A stretch of DNA of 32,000 nt, taken from positions 1,110,001 through 1,142,000 of the forward strand of contig NC_022359.1 of the NCBI RefSeq assembly GCF_000354175.2, in the 5' to 3' direction. A program made the translations under genes and the position numbers. Every line of letters begins with the position of its first letter. Position 1 is the first letter of the stretch. Under the pieces are notes generated by a model. It worked only from the letters and a program-made list of their open reading frames with translations, did no database searches and was not told the DNA's origin. This document shows positions 6,747-18,700 of the stretch, piece after piece. This stretch comes from Vibrio alginolyticus NBRC 15630 = ATCC 17749 (GTDB lineage Bacteria; Pseudomonadota; Gammaproteobacteria; Enterobacterales; Vibrionaceae).

Positions 6747-9700
6747 GAAGTACTCGCTTCTACTTTTTTTGAAACGTCTGCGACTCGCAGCGGAGAAGAT
6801 GATCGCGACGAAGATGACGGTTTGAATGTCACGATTTTTGCTGATGGTGGGCAGTCACTGCAATCTAGCGTAACAGAAGGCTCAATTTCTCTATCTAGCT
6901 ACCCGCAAACCATTTCTTCTAGTGTGCTGGTTGAAGCAGGGGATCTCGCACTTGATACTGCTTCATTTGTACCCGAAACGTCTTCTTTAGAGTCTTTGTT
7001 GACTGAGCTTAACAGTGATATTACCTCTGGTGGTCAGCCAGTGGCGTTCGTTTATGACGAAGCGCAAAATGCCATTATCGGCACCCAAGAAGGTAACGAA
7101 GTACTTCGTATCGAGATCGAAGCGACATCTTTAGGCCGTGATTTAGAGTTAGAGGTCGTTACCACGATTAGCCAGGGTATTGACCATGTTGCGTCTGTTG
7201 CTGATGGCCAAGTATCGATCGTCGGTGATCAAATCAATATTACTTTTGACATTACAGGCGCAGATATTGGTGGTAATAGCATTCAAGCGCCTATCGATTT
7301 TACGACAACCGTTATTGATGGCGATGATCCTGCGCCGCAGAACGTTACTTTTGAAAACGTTGAATCTTCTTCTACACCAATTACTGGCACTTTTGTTGAT
7401 ATTGGTAGTGATCAATTGGCAACGGTCACGTTTAATCAAGAAGGACTTAGTCAGTTCGATGGCCTACTGAGTGATAATCAGGCGACAGAAGCGGTACTCT
7501 CTGAAGACGGCAGTACTATCACCTTGTCCATTGCGGGCTCGAATGAAACCGTCTTAACCATCAGTTTGAATACTGATGGTACCTACCAATTTGAGCAATT
7601 TAAGCCGTTAGAACAAACAAACGGTGAAGATACGATTGAGCTCTCTTTGCCAACCACAATCGTCGATTTCGACCAAGATACGGCAAGCAACACCTTTACG
7701 ATGACCATCCTCGATGGCGATAATCCAGTGATTGAGAACGTGACGGGCTTGTCTTTAGACGAGGCGGGGGTTGACCAAGGTTCACAGGAAGGCGCGGCAG
7801 TAACAAGTGGTACTGGGTCGATCACGACAGCGGTCGGAAGTGACATCATTGATCACTATGAGTTGGAACCTACAGAGTTCAATGTTGGTGGAGAACTCCA
7901 ATCTCAAGGGCAGGTTGTTCAACTAGAACTAGCGTCCGAGAGTAACGGCGTACGTACTTACGAAGGCTTCATCGAGCTGGATGGTGTGCGTATTACCGTA
8001 TTTGATGTGGCGATTGATGCACCTGCATTGGGCGAATACCAATTCAACTTGTATGAACAACTTGACCATACGGGGGCTAACGACGACTCGCTTACTTTCT
8101 CATTGCCAGTTTACGCGGTAGATGCGGATGGTGACCGCTCCTCTATTACCGAAGGTTCGAACACACCAGAAGCTGCGCAAATTGTCATTCAAGTTCAAGA
8201 TGACGTTCCTACGATTGATGGCGTTGATGCACTCGCCGTCGATGAAGACGATTTATCAAGCATCGGCTCCGATCAAAGCGACTCTGTGCTCGCGCAAGGC
8301 AACTTCACGACGACTCAGGGCTCAGACCGTGTCGTAAGTTATCAATTAGAGAGCGGCACTGATCCACTCAATGGGTTGGAATCACAGGGTCGATCTATCT
8401 CTCTGACGGAAACAACCAACTCAGATGGCAGCTTTACCTATTCTGCGACGGCAGAAGGGGATGCTATCTTCACCTTACAAGTGAACCCTGACGGCTCTTA
8501 TTCATTTACCCTTGAAGGTCCAATCGATCATGCTGTGGGTAGTGATAGCTTAACGCTAGACTTCACTATTGTCGCAACTGACTTTGACGGTGACACCAGT
8601 TCACTTGTTCTGCCGGTTACCATTACTGATGATGTGCCAACCATTAACGATGTTGTTGCTCTTACCGTCGATGAAGATGATTTAAGTTCGGTAGGCTCTG
8701 ACCAATCACAGTCAACGCTGGTCGAAGGTCAGTTTACGACAACTCAGGGCTCTGATGGCGTCGTACAGTATCAGTTGGATGTAAATGCTGATCCTTTAAA
8801 TGGCCTGCAATCTCAAGGGCAAACCGTCTCCATTGCCGAAACGCAAAATGCAAACGGTAGTTACACCTACAGCGCAACGGCAAATGGTAGTGCAGTCTTC
8901 ACATTGATTTTGAATACTGATGGCTCGTACAGTTTTGAGCTGCAAGGTCCAATCGACCATGCGGCAAATACCGACAGCTTAACCCTTGATTTTAGCGTTA
9001 TTGCTACCGATTTCGATGGTGACACAAGCCAAATCGTACTGCCTGTTACCATCGTGGATGATAAGCCGACCATTACCGATGTCGATGCAATTACCGTTGA
9101 TGAAGATGATTTAGGTACGATTGGCTCAGATCAGACTGACCCGATTTCAATCGATGGCAACTTCACTACTACACAAGGCTCTGATCGAGTGGTGAGCTAT
9201 CAGCTCGATGCTTCTTCAACACCAGTTGATGGCCTTACATCACAAGGCGTGGCCGTCACGCTGACTGAAACCGCAAACGCTGATGGCAGCTTTACTTACG
9301 AGGCGACGGCGGGGAGTGAAGCGGTCTTTACGCTGACAGTGAATACTGATGGCTCTTATAACTTCACGCTTGAAGGGCCAATTGATCATGCTGTTGATAG
9401 CGACGAGTTGACGCTCAACTTCCCAATCATCGCGACCGACTTTGATGGCGACACCACAAATGCCACGATCCCTGTGACGATTGTGGACGATAAGCCAGTG
9501 ATTACCGACGTCGACGCAATTACCGTTGATGAAGATGATCTAGCTTCAATTGGCTCAGACCAAAGCAATCCAATTTCTATTGATGGTAACTTCACCACCA
9601 CACAAGGTTCAGACCGAGTGGTGAGCTACCAACTCGATGACACATCAACACCAGTTGACGGTTTAACATCGCAAGGTGTAGCGGTAACGCTGACTGAAAC

Positions 9701-12700
9701 GGCAAACGGTGACGGCAGTTTCACTTATGAAGCGACAGCTGGTGGCAACCCTGTATTTACTTTGATAGTGAATACTGATGGCTCTTATAACTTCACGCTA
9801 GAAGGGCCAATTGATCACGCTGTTGATAGTGATGAGCTGACACTGAACTTCCCAATTATCGCAACCGACTTTGATGGCGACACCGTTACTGAAACCATTC
9901 CAGTCACGATTGTTGATGATGAACCTACCATCACAGCGGTGGATGCGTTGAGTGTTGATGAAGACGATCTTAGTGGTGTGGGTTCCGACCCTGGCGGCGA
10001 TCTGTTCGTTGAAGGCGCGTTTACGACCACTCAAGGCTCTGACCGAGTGGTGAGCTATCAACTAGATTCAACCGCTGATCCTGTTGCGGGTCTGACATCT
10101 CAAGGTGAGGCGATTACCTTGGTGGAAACCGCGAATGGTGACGGCAGCTTTACCTATGTGGCGACCGCAGACGGCAATCCTGTCTTCACGTTGAATGTCG
10201 CAACAGATGGTACGTACGACTTTACGCTGCAAGGCCCGATTGACCATGCCGCTAACAGCGACAGCCTGACGATTGATTTCCCAATTATTGCCATCGATTT
10301 TGATGGTGATACGACTTCGGCAACCATTCCAGTCACGATTACGGATGATGCACCAATCATCGATAATGTTGTGCCTCTGACTGTAGACGAAGATGATTTA
10401 TCAGGTATTGGCTCAGACCAAACTGACGCTGTGTTTGTGGAAGGCGCGTTCACGACCACTCAAGGCTCAGACCGTGTGGTGAGCTACCAACTTGATTCAA
10501 CTTCGGATCCTGTCGCAGGTTTAACTTCTCAAGGTGAGCCTGTTACTTTGGTAGAGACTGCGAATGCTGATGGCAGCTTTACTTACGTGGCTACCGCGGA
10601 TGGCAATCCTGTCTTCACCATGAATGTGAATGCTGACGGTACATACAACTTCCGTCTGGAAGGGCCGGTCGATCACGCGTTAAACAGCGATGAATTAGTA
10701 CTGAACTTCCCAATCATTGCAACAGACTTTGACGGCGATACGACGACCGCGACCATTCCCGTCACGATTACTGATGACGTTCCAACTATCGACAACGTTG
10801 TTCCACTCACGGTGGACGAAGATGATCTCGCCTCAATTGGCTCAGACCAAAACGATGATGCGTTTATGTCGGGTTCTTTCACCACAACTGAAGGCTCAGA
10901 CAGCGTTGTTAAATACCAGCTTGATGCAACAGCAGATCCAGTATCTGGGTTGACCTCTCATGGTGAGCCTGTCGTGCTTGCTGAAACTGCTAACGGCGAC
11001 GGTAGTTTTACTTACACAGCCACGGCAGATGGCAATGCCGTATTTGAATTGATTGTGAAGCCAGATGGCAGCTACAACTTTACACTGCAAGGTCCACTAG
11101 ACCATGCGGTGAATAGCGACAGTCTGCAAATCGACTTCCCGATTATCGCAACAGACTTTGATGGCGACACCTCATCGGAGACGTTACCTGTCACTATCGT
11201 TGATGATAAACCAACCATCACTGACGTAGACGCAATCCGTGTGGATGAAGATGACCTAGCGACGATTGGCTCTGACGGCTCAGATCCAATTTCAATCGAT
11301 GGCAACTTCACTACAACGCAAGGTTCTGATGGGGTAGTAAGCTACCAATTGGATGCTGCTGCAACGCCTGTTGACGGTCTAACATCACAAGGTGTGGCCG
11401 TCACGCTGACTGAAACCGCAAACGGCGACGGTAGCTACACTTATGAAGCGACAGCAGGAACTGAAGCCGTATTTACGCTAACAGTAAACACGGATGGCTC
11501 ATACAACTTCACGCTGCAAGGGCCAATCGACCATGCGGTAGACAGTGATGAGCTGACGCTGAACTTCCCAATCATCGCAACGGATTTTGATGGTGATACC
11601 ACCACAGAAACGATCCCAGTCACCATCGTGGATGATAAACCGACCATTACTGATGTCGATGCGATTACCGTTGATGAAGATGACTTAAGTACGATTGGCT
11701 CAGACCAAACTGACCCGATTTCAATCGATGGTAACTTTACCACCACACAAGGCTCGGACCGAGTGGTGAGCTATCAGCTTGATGCTTCAGCAACACCAGT
11801 GGCTGGACTCACATCACAAGGCGTGGCAGTCACATTGGCTGAAACCGCAAATGGCGACGGCAGCTTTACCTATCAAGCAACAGCAGGCACCGAGTCGGTC
11901 TTTACACTGACAGTGCACACTGATGGCTCTTATAACTTCACGCTTGAAGGCCCAATCGATCATGCTGTTGATAGTGATGAGTTAACGCTCAACTTCCCAA
12001 TCATCGCAACAGACTTTGATGGCGATACCTCTGCTGAGACAATTCCTGTCAAGATCGTTGATGACAAGCCGACACTTGGTGGAATCGAAGCAACAAGTGT
12101 GCAAACGGTTGATGAGGACGATATCCCAACAATCGGATCTGATGGTACACAGTCGAACAGCATTGCCGGTAACTTCATCGCGACTGATGGTTCTGATGGC
12201 ATTGTCGAGTACAGCGTTTCTGACCTAACGACGCCAGTACAAGGCCTGACCTCTGGTGGTCAATCTCTGGTTATGGTTGAAGTATCAAACGCAGGTGGCG
12301 TTTCAGTTTACGAAGCTCGTATTGATGGCACGACGACACCAGTATTCCGTGTAACCCTCGATGCCTCTGATGACAGCTACACGTTCGATTTGCTCGCTCG
12401 TCTCGATCATCCAAATGCTGATGGCCAGAATGAACTGATCATAAATTTACCGATAAACGCGACTGACTTTGATGGAGACGTGTCGAACAACATCACCTTA
12501 CCAATTACGGTTGTGGATGATGTTCCGACCATTGATGGTTTGCTAGCAGGCAGCGAACAAACCGTTGATGAAGATGACCTACCAGCAGGTACGGATGCTG
12601 CAAGTGCAGAAGATACTGTTATTTCAGGTACTTTTGATATCACCGAAGGTGCTGACCAAGTTGCTTCTATTCAGCTGAGTGACCTGACCACGCCAGTTGC

Positions 12701-15700
12701 GTCACTGACTTCAGATGGTGACGCTATCACCTTAGTTCTGTCTTCTAGCGCAAACGGCGTGAACGTATACCAAGGTGTCGCTGGCAATCCTGCTGAAGTG
12801 GTTTTCGAACTGACGTTGGATGCAACGAACAACACCTACGAGTTCGATTTACAGAAGCCGCTTGATCATCCAGATGGTAATCAGCAAAACGAGATTGTTA
12901 TTAACCTCCCTGTGACGGCGACAGATAATGATGGTGATACTTCACCAGCCTTCACATTGCCAATTACCGTTGTGGACGATGTTCCAGTTGTTACCAATAT
13001 TGAAAGTCTACGTGTCGACGAAGATGACTTACCTCTTGGTTCTGATGGCACTAAAGAGCCGTTAACGGTATCAGGTGAATTCGAAGTCACTAGCGCAGAT
13101 GGTATTGATGCTTTCGAATTGGATCTGAGCTCAAATCCTATTCCGAACCTGAAATCGGGTGGAGAAGAGGTAACACTTTCTCAAGACGTTGGCGCTTCAA
13201 CTGCTGACGCGCTTGTTTACGTGGGACAAACTCCGGGTGGAGTGACGGTCTTCACGTTGACACTTCATCAAGATGGTAAATACGACTTTGAGTTATCTGG
13301 TCAGTTAGATCACGCGGTTAACTCTGATGAGATTTTGTTGAATCTACCTGTGAAGATCACGGATGGCGACAACGATACCATCACTGCGACCTTGCCAGTT
13401 ACGATCGTAGATGACAAACCAACCATTGATGCTATTAGCTCTGGTAGTACCTTGTCTGTGGATGAGGATGATATTCCAAGCCAAGGTTCGGACGACACGC
13501 CAGAATCCAATATCATTGGTGGCAACTTTGACGTTACTGATGGTGCCGACTCTATCGTTAGCTTCCAGTTGGATAGTTTAACATCGCCTGTTTCTGGCCT
13601 TACCTCAGGTGGTCAACCGCTTGAGTTGGTTGAGTTTTCAAATTCAAACGGTGTGATTGAGTACCGAGCTTATGTACAAGGTACGACGGACACCGTCTTT
13701 AAACTGACGCTAAATGGTTCAGCAGACAGTTATGAATTTGAACTGTTGGGTGCACTTGATCATCCTGCGGGTAACGATGAAAACTCGTTGGTCATTAACT
13801 TCCCAGTCAACGCGACTGATTTTGATGGCGATGTGTCCAATAACATCACCTTGCCGATCACCGTGGTGGACGATGTCCCAGCTATTGTGAAAGTGACAGA
13901 CTCTAGCCAACAAACCGTTGATGAAGATGATCTTTCCGGTGGCTCTGACACGACAAGTAGTGATTCAACGGTATTGAACGGCGGATTTGAGGTCGTTGCT
14001 GGTGCAGACAAGATTGTCAGCTACCAAGTTTCAGACCTCGATGCAGTCGTGTCTGGTTTAACGTCGAACGGCAGCAGCATCGAGTTGAATCTAGTAAGCA
14101 CGAATGGTGGAGTAACCAGTTACGAAGCGGTTATTACTGGCACATCAACTAAGATCTTCACGCTGTCTCTTGATGCGAATAATGACAGCTACCAATTTGA
14201 GCTGTTGGGACCAATCGACCATGACGCTGTTCAAGGTGAAAACAACCTTGTCATTGATATTCCAATTACAGTAACAGACTTTGATGGTGACACGTCATCA
14301 TCACTGAATCTTCCAATTACCGTAGTTGATGACATTCCCGAAATTAAATCAGCAGATGCTTTGGCTGTTGATGAGGATGACCTTGCCAACGGCTCTCAGG
14401 CAACCAACAAAGACAGCCTAGAAGCAACGGGCAATTTCGATACGGTGGAAGGGGCAGATACCGTTGTCTCTTATCAGCTGGATCTTACTTCTAACCCGAT
14501 ACCAGGAGTAACTTCAGGTGGTTTTGCGGTGACTTTAGTTCAAACCGCGGTAAGCAACAACAACTTTACTTATCAAGGTCAAACACCTGATGGTAACTCA
14601 GTGTTCACACTAGTTTTGAACGCTGACGGCTCTTACAAGTTTACGCTTGAGGGTGCGCTAGATCACTCAACTCAAGGCGAAGATACACTCATACTTGATC
14701 TCCCAGTCTTTGCGACCGATGTCGATGGTGATACGGCAGGTATTAACTTACCAGTGACGATTACCGATGATGTTCCAACCTTGCACGATGCATCTATTTC
14801 GCGTGTTGAGGGGCAAGGCAGCCGCACGGTTCGTTTATTCCGAGACCCTGTAGAGGGGGATGATGACCTTGGTGCTGACGGCGCACAAGTGACTTCATTC
14901 TCGGCTGATGATTCAGGCATTTACTTTAAGCAAAATGGTGTTGATTCTGATTCTGTCGATTTGAACGGCAGCGACCAAGTCGTATTTGTTCACAAGGTTC
15001 TTGACGGAGTGGATACTGAAATCGGTCGTTTGGTTGTTCGAACCGATGGCAGTGTGTCATTCCGTCCGAATGACGACCTTGACCATACCGAAACCGACTC
15101 GATTGATTTCACCATCAACGTTGTTGCAACCGATGGTGATGGCGATATCGCAGATGCCGATGTGGATATCTCGATAAGAGACCGCAATGCGCAAATTGAC
15201 ACGTCTACCGTTACTGCGTTCGAAGACCAAGGGCGTGATGGTGTCGTTGTGGGCGTTGACTCTGCAAATACTCAGGACAACTTGTCGACGCTGGATGTTA
15301 GCCCTGCGAAAGTCGACTTGGTTATCAATTTACACGATATCGACCGTAACGAGAGCTTAGGTGACATCACTATTCGAGATGCTGATACTCACAACGGTAC
15401 GTTCTACTACAGAGACGGCAGTGGCAACTACATTGAATTAACATCTGTGGGCAATACGGTTGTTCTCGACGCATCAAATGTTGAGCAGTCATTCAATGGT
15501 GAGCTTGTCTCGTTAGATAACTTGTACTTCGTACCAGATCGTCATACATCAACCGATGCTTCTGGTATCGATCCTCGTATCCGCGTGGAAATTCTTAACA
15601 ATGGTACGCCAGATCATACGATTAATGGTCGTTTAGACATTGAAGTTGCTGCTGTCGCAGATATTGCAACGTGGACGGCAAGCAGCGAATTTAACTACTC

Positions 15701-18700
15701 GGTTGATGAAGATGGAAACAATGTCGCACTTAACATCGCGGCTGAAACCCAAGACACTAGTAACCCAGAAGGCATTGTGTACGAGCTTGTCTTTACACAA
15801 GGAGAAGGTAACGCAGAGTTAGTCTATTCAGATGGTAGTGCGATACCAAAATCCGGTGGTGTTTATCTGGTGGATGCAAGCCGAATTGATGAAGTTCAAG
15901 TTGATCCGATAGATAACTTCTCGGGCGAAATCAGAATTGATGTCACCGCTATTACGACGGAAAACAACAATCCACTGCTTGGGAAAGATACCGCTCGCTC
16001 AGAAACCGAAACCATCATTATTGATGTAAACCCAGTTGCGGATAAAGGTAGTTTTACTGTAAACCGAATTAATGTGTTTGAGGATAATGCTCGAACTCAA
16101 AATACGGTAGACCCTGTCACTGATCACGATCCACTCCAATTAAGTGAAGTGATCACCATGAAACCATCAGCGGACTTAGATGGTTCTGAAGCGTTATTTG
16201 TGCGCATTTCTAACTTCTCAATTGATGGGGTTACTTTGGTGTGGCTGGACTCAGCAAACCCAAGTCAGATAGTAGAAGTGACCGATTCAGGCGGCAATGT
16301 ACTTTATTACGAAGTGCCAGAGTCTGAATTAGCGAACGTCGAAGTTCTTCCTCCGTTGCACAGCAATGATGACTTTACTTTCAATGTCGAAGGCATTGTG
16401 AAAGACACAGCATCATTGTCTACCGGTACGACAGAAGATGTGTTGTCACTGGGCAGTAAGACCGTCATCGTTGGTGTAAAAGGTGTTGCTGACATACCAG
16501 ACACGGTATTAATTGACGCGGGGAACGTTTGGAACCGATTCGTAGACGGAGATGTGGCCGGAATAGAGACGACTATTGAAGAGAATGGTGTTGTAAACCT
16601 CAACTTCTCGGTTGTATCTGGTGAAGTTGCCGATAGACCACAGGATGATTCAGAAGCCATTACTGTTATCCTGTCCAACATCCCCGACGGTGTTCGTGTC
16701 GTAGATTCAGACGGTTCAAGCGTTGACCTCACCTTTGTTGGCTATGATGGTAACGGTCAACCGATTTACGAAGCAAACATCACTGGGCTGAATTTTAATT
16801 CCGGTATTCAAATTATTCCAGAAGCCTCTTCAACCGAAAACATTGCGATTACAGGGACGATCATTGTTACCGAGAATGATGGTCATAGTCGTGTGATTGA
16901 AAGAGAGGTAAGGATCAAGGTCGAACCCGTTATTGATGCTCAAGATAACTACGTTGTTCGATCGGAGGGAGATGAAGATACGCGCTTTGACATCGATTGG
17001 AAACCGACGCTCGTACAAAGCCCTGATACCGATGAATTCTTTAGTGATGTAACCATCTCTGGATTTCCTCCAGGCAGCACGGTCTATGTAGATGGTGTGG
17101 CACAAGCGCTTGTTTCTGGAACACTAACGCTTTCACCGCAAGCCGGTGAATCAGAGCAAGATTTTTCCGCTAAAATCTCTCAAAGTGGCTATGTTCAAGT
17201 CCAGTTGGAGCAGGATTCAAGTACTGACTTTGACTTGACCACGACCGTCACTGTGAAAGAGATTGACCATGAATATGTTGACGCTTCGAATCCCGGTGAA
17301 GGTATCGCTGAGAAAACCATCAATGGTACGGTGAATGTCCAAGTTAATCCAATCGTTGAGCCAGAGGATAAGACGGGGGCAATAGATGACCAAACCCGTC
17401 TGCTTGTCACTGAAAGTGGTGGTGGTGCTACCGATATCGTGAAGTCAGATGATCAAGGTAACATTGACTTTACGATCAACACTTCTATGGGGGGCGAATC
17501 TGGCGCTCATATCATTAAATACCAAGAGTTTGATGCGTCTTCAGATGAAGTGGTGACTCAACTTGTTGTTCAATTTCACAATGTGGACCCTGAGATCCTC
17601 AACCAATTGGTTATCGTCGGTGCACTAAATGAAGGTGGAGGTCGTTGGACAGTAACTAATGAAGACAACTTCTCAATTAAAGCGCCGTCTGGACTTGATT
17701 TAACACCAAACGATGACAGTGACGATGGCGATAACGGTGGTCTCTCTCAAATTGGCTTAACCATTTACGCAGAAGTGAATGATTTGGGCGAAGATTTGGG
17801 CAACGAAAAAGATGCGACGGTCGTGCGTCAAACGGATGTGACACTAGAGTTTCCAACCGTCCTCACACCGAAAATGAGTGTAGCGGCAGAGATTCAGGTG
17901 GCTGATGATGTCCAAATTCAAGCGTTGGAAGACAATTCTATTAACCTTGGTGCTCAGTTGACGTCGAAAGTCGATGCGATTAATGCAGATGGTGTGGAAG
18001 ATGTCTTAACTATTATCGTCGATCCTTCAGCTCCTGGCATTCCTCCTGATTTGGTGATCACGGGGACGGATGTTGATTTTGTCAATGGTAAATACGTGTT
18101 CCAAGCCCATATCGATGCGAGTGGAAATATTACTGGCCTTGATGGCTTGACGATGCACTTGGCAGAAGATTACGCAGGTGATTTCGAATTACCAATTCGG
18201 TTTGTCACTAAAGACACTGAGTCCGGTGATGAAAAAGAAAATAATGTCCAGTTTCCAGTTCAGGTTTTACCGGTTGCAGACGTTCCGAGTTCAGCCGGGG
18301 ATCAGCCGTTGGATAGCGATGTCACACCGAATGTAAAAGTAGATATCGTTGGTACTTTCGGCTTGGATGCAAACAAACAACCTGTAACTGATCTAAATAA
18401 CGACGTTCCCACGGCGGATGGTGTTGGTTACGAAGATGGCTTAATCCAACTTAACTTGAGTGTTGATTTTGCCGATCAATTTAACAACACTCAAGGTGGT
18501 CGAGAAACACTAACGAACATCAAGTTAGAGCTTGATGACACAACATTAGGTGAGTTTGTTGATGCCAATGGTAACAGCTTAGGAACCAGTATTGAGTTTA
18601 ATGAAGCTGAGATTTTAGCTGGTGCGCTTGACAATGTTCTGTTTAAGCCAAAAGAAAATTACCCCGTAGGTGGTGGCCAAAATACCGTCAAGATTAATAT

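Noticed and set aside
8199-14765. Regular about 430-bp periodicity, which could superficially suggest a CRISPR-like or satellite array.
   Set aside because: The period is far longer than a CRISPR repeat plus spacer. The whole array is one open reading frame with protein-level conservation, so it is a coding tandem domain repeat.
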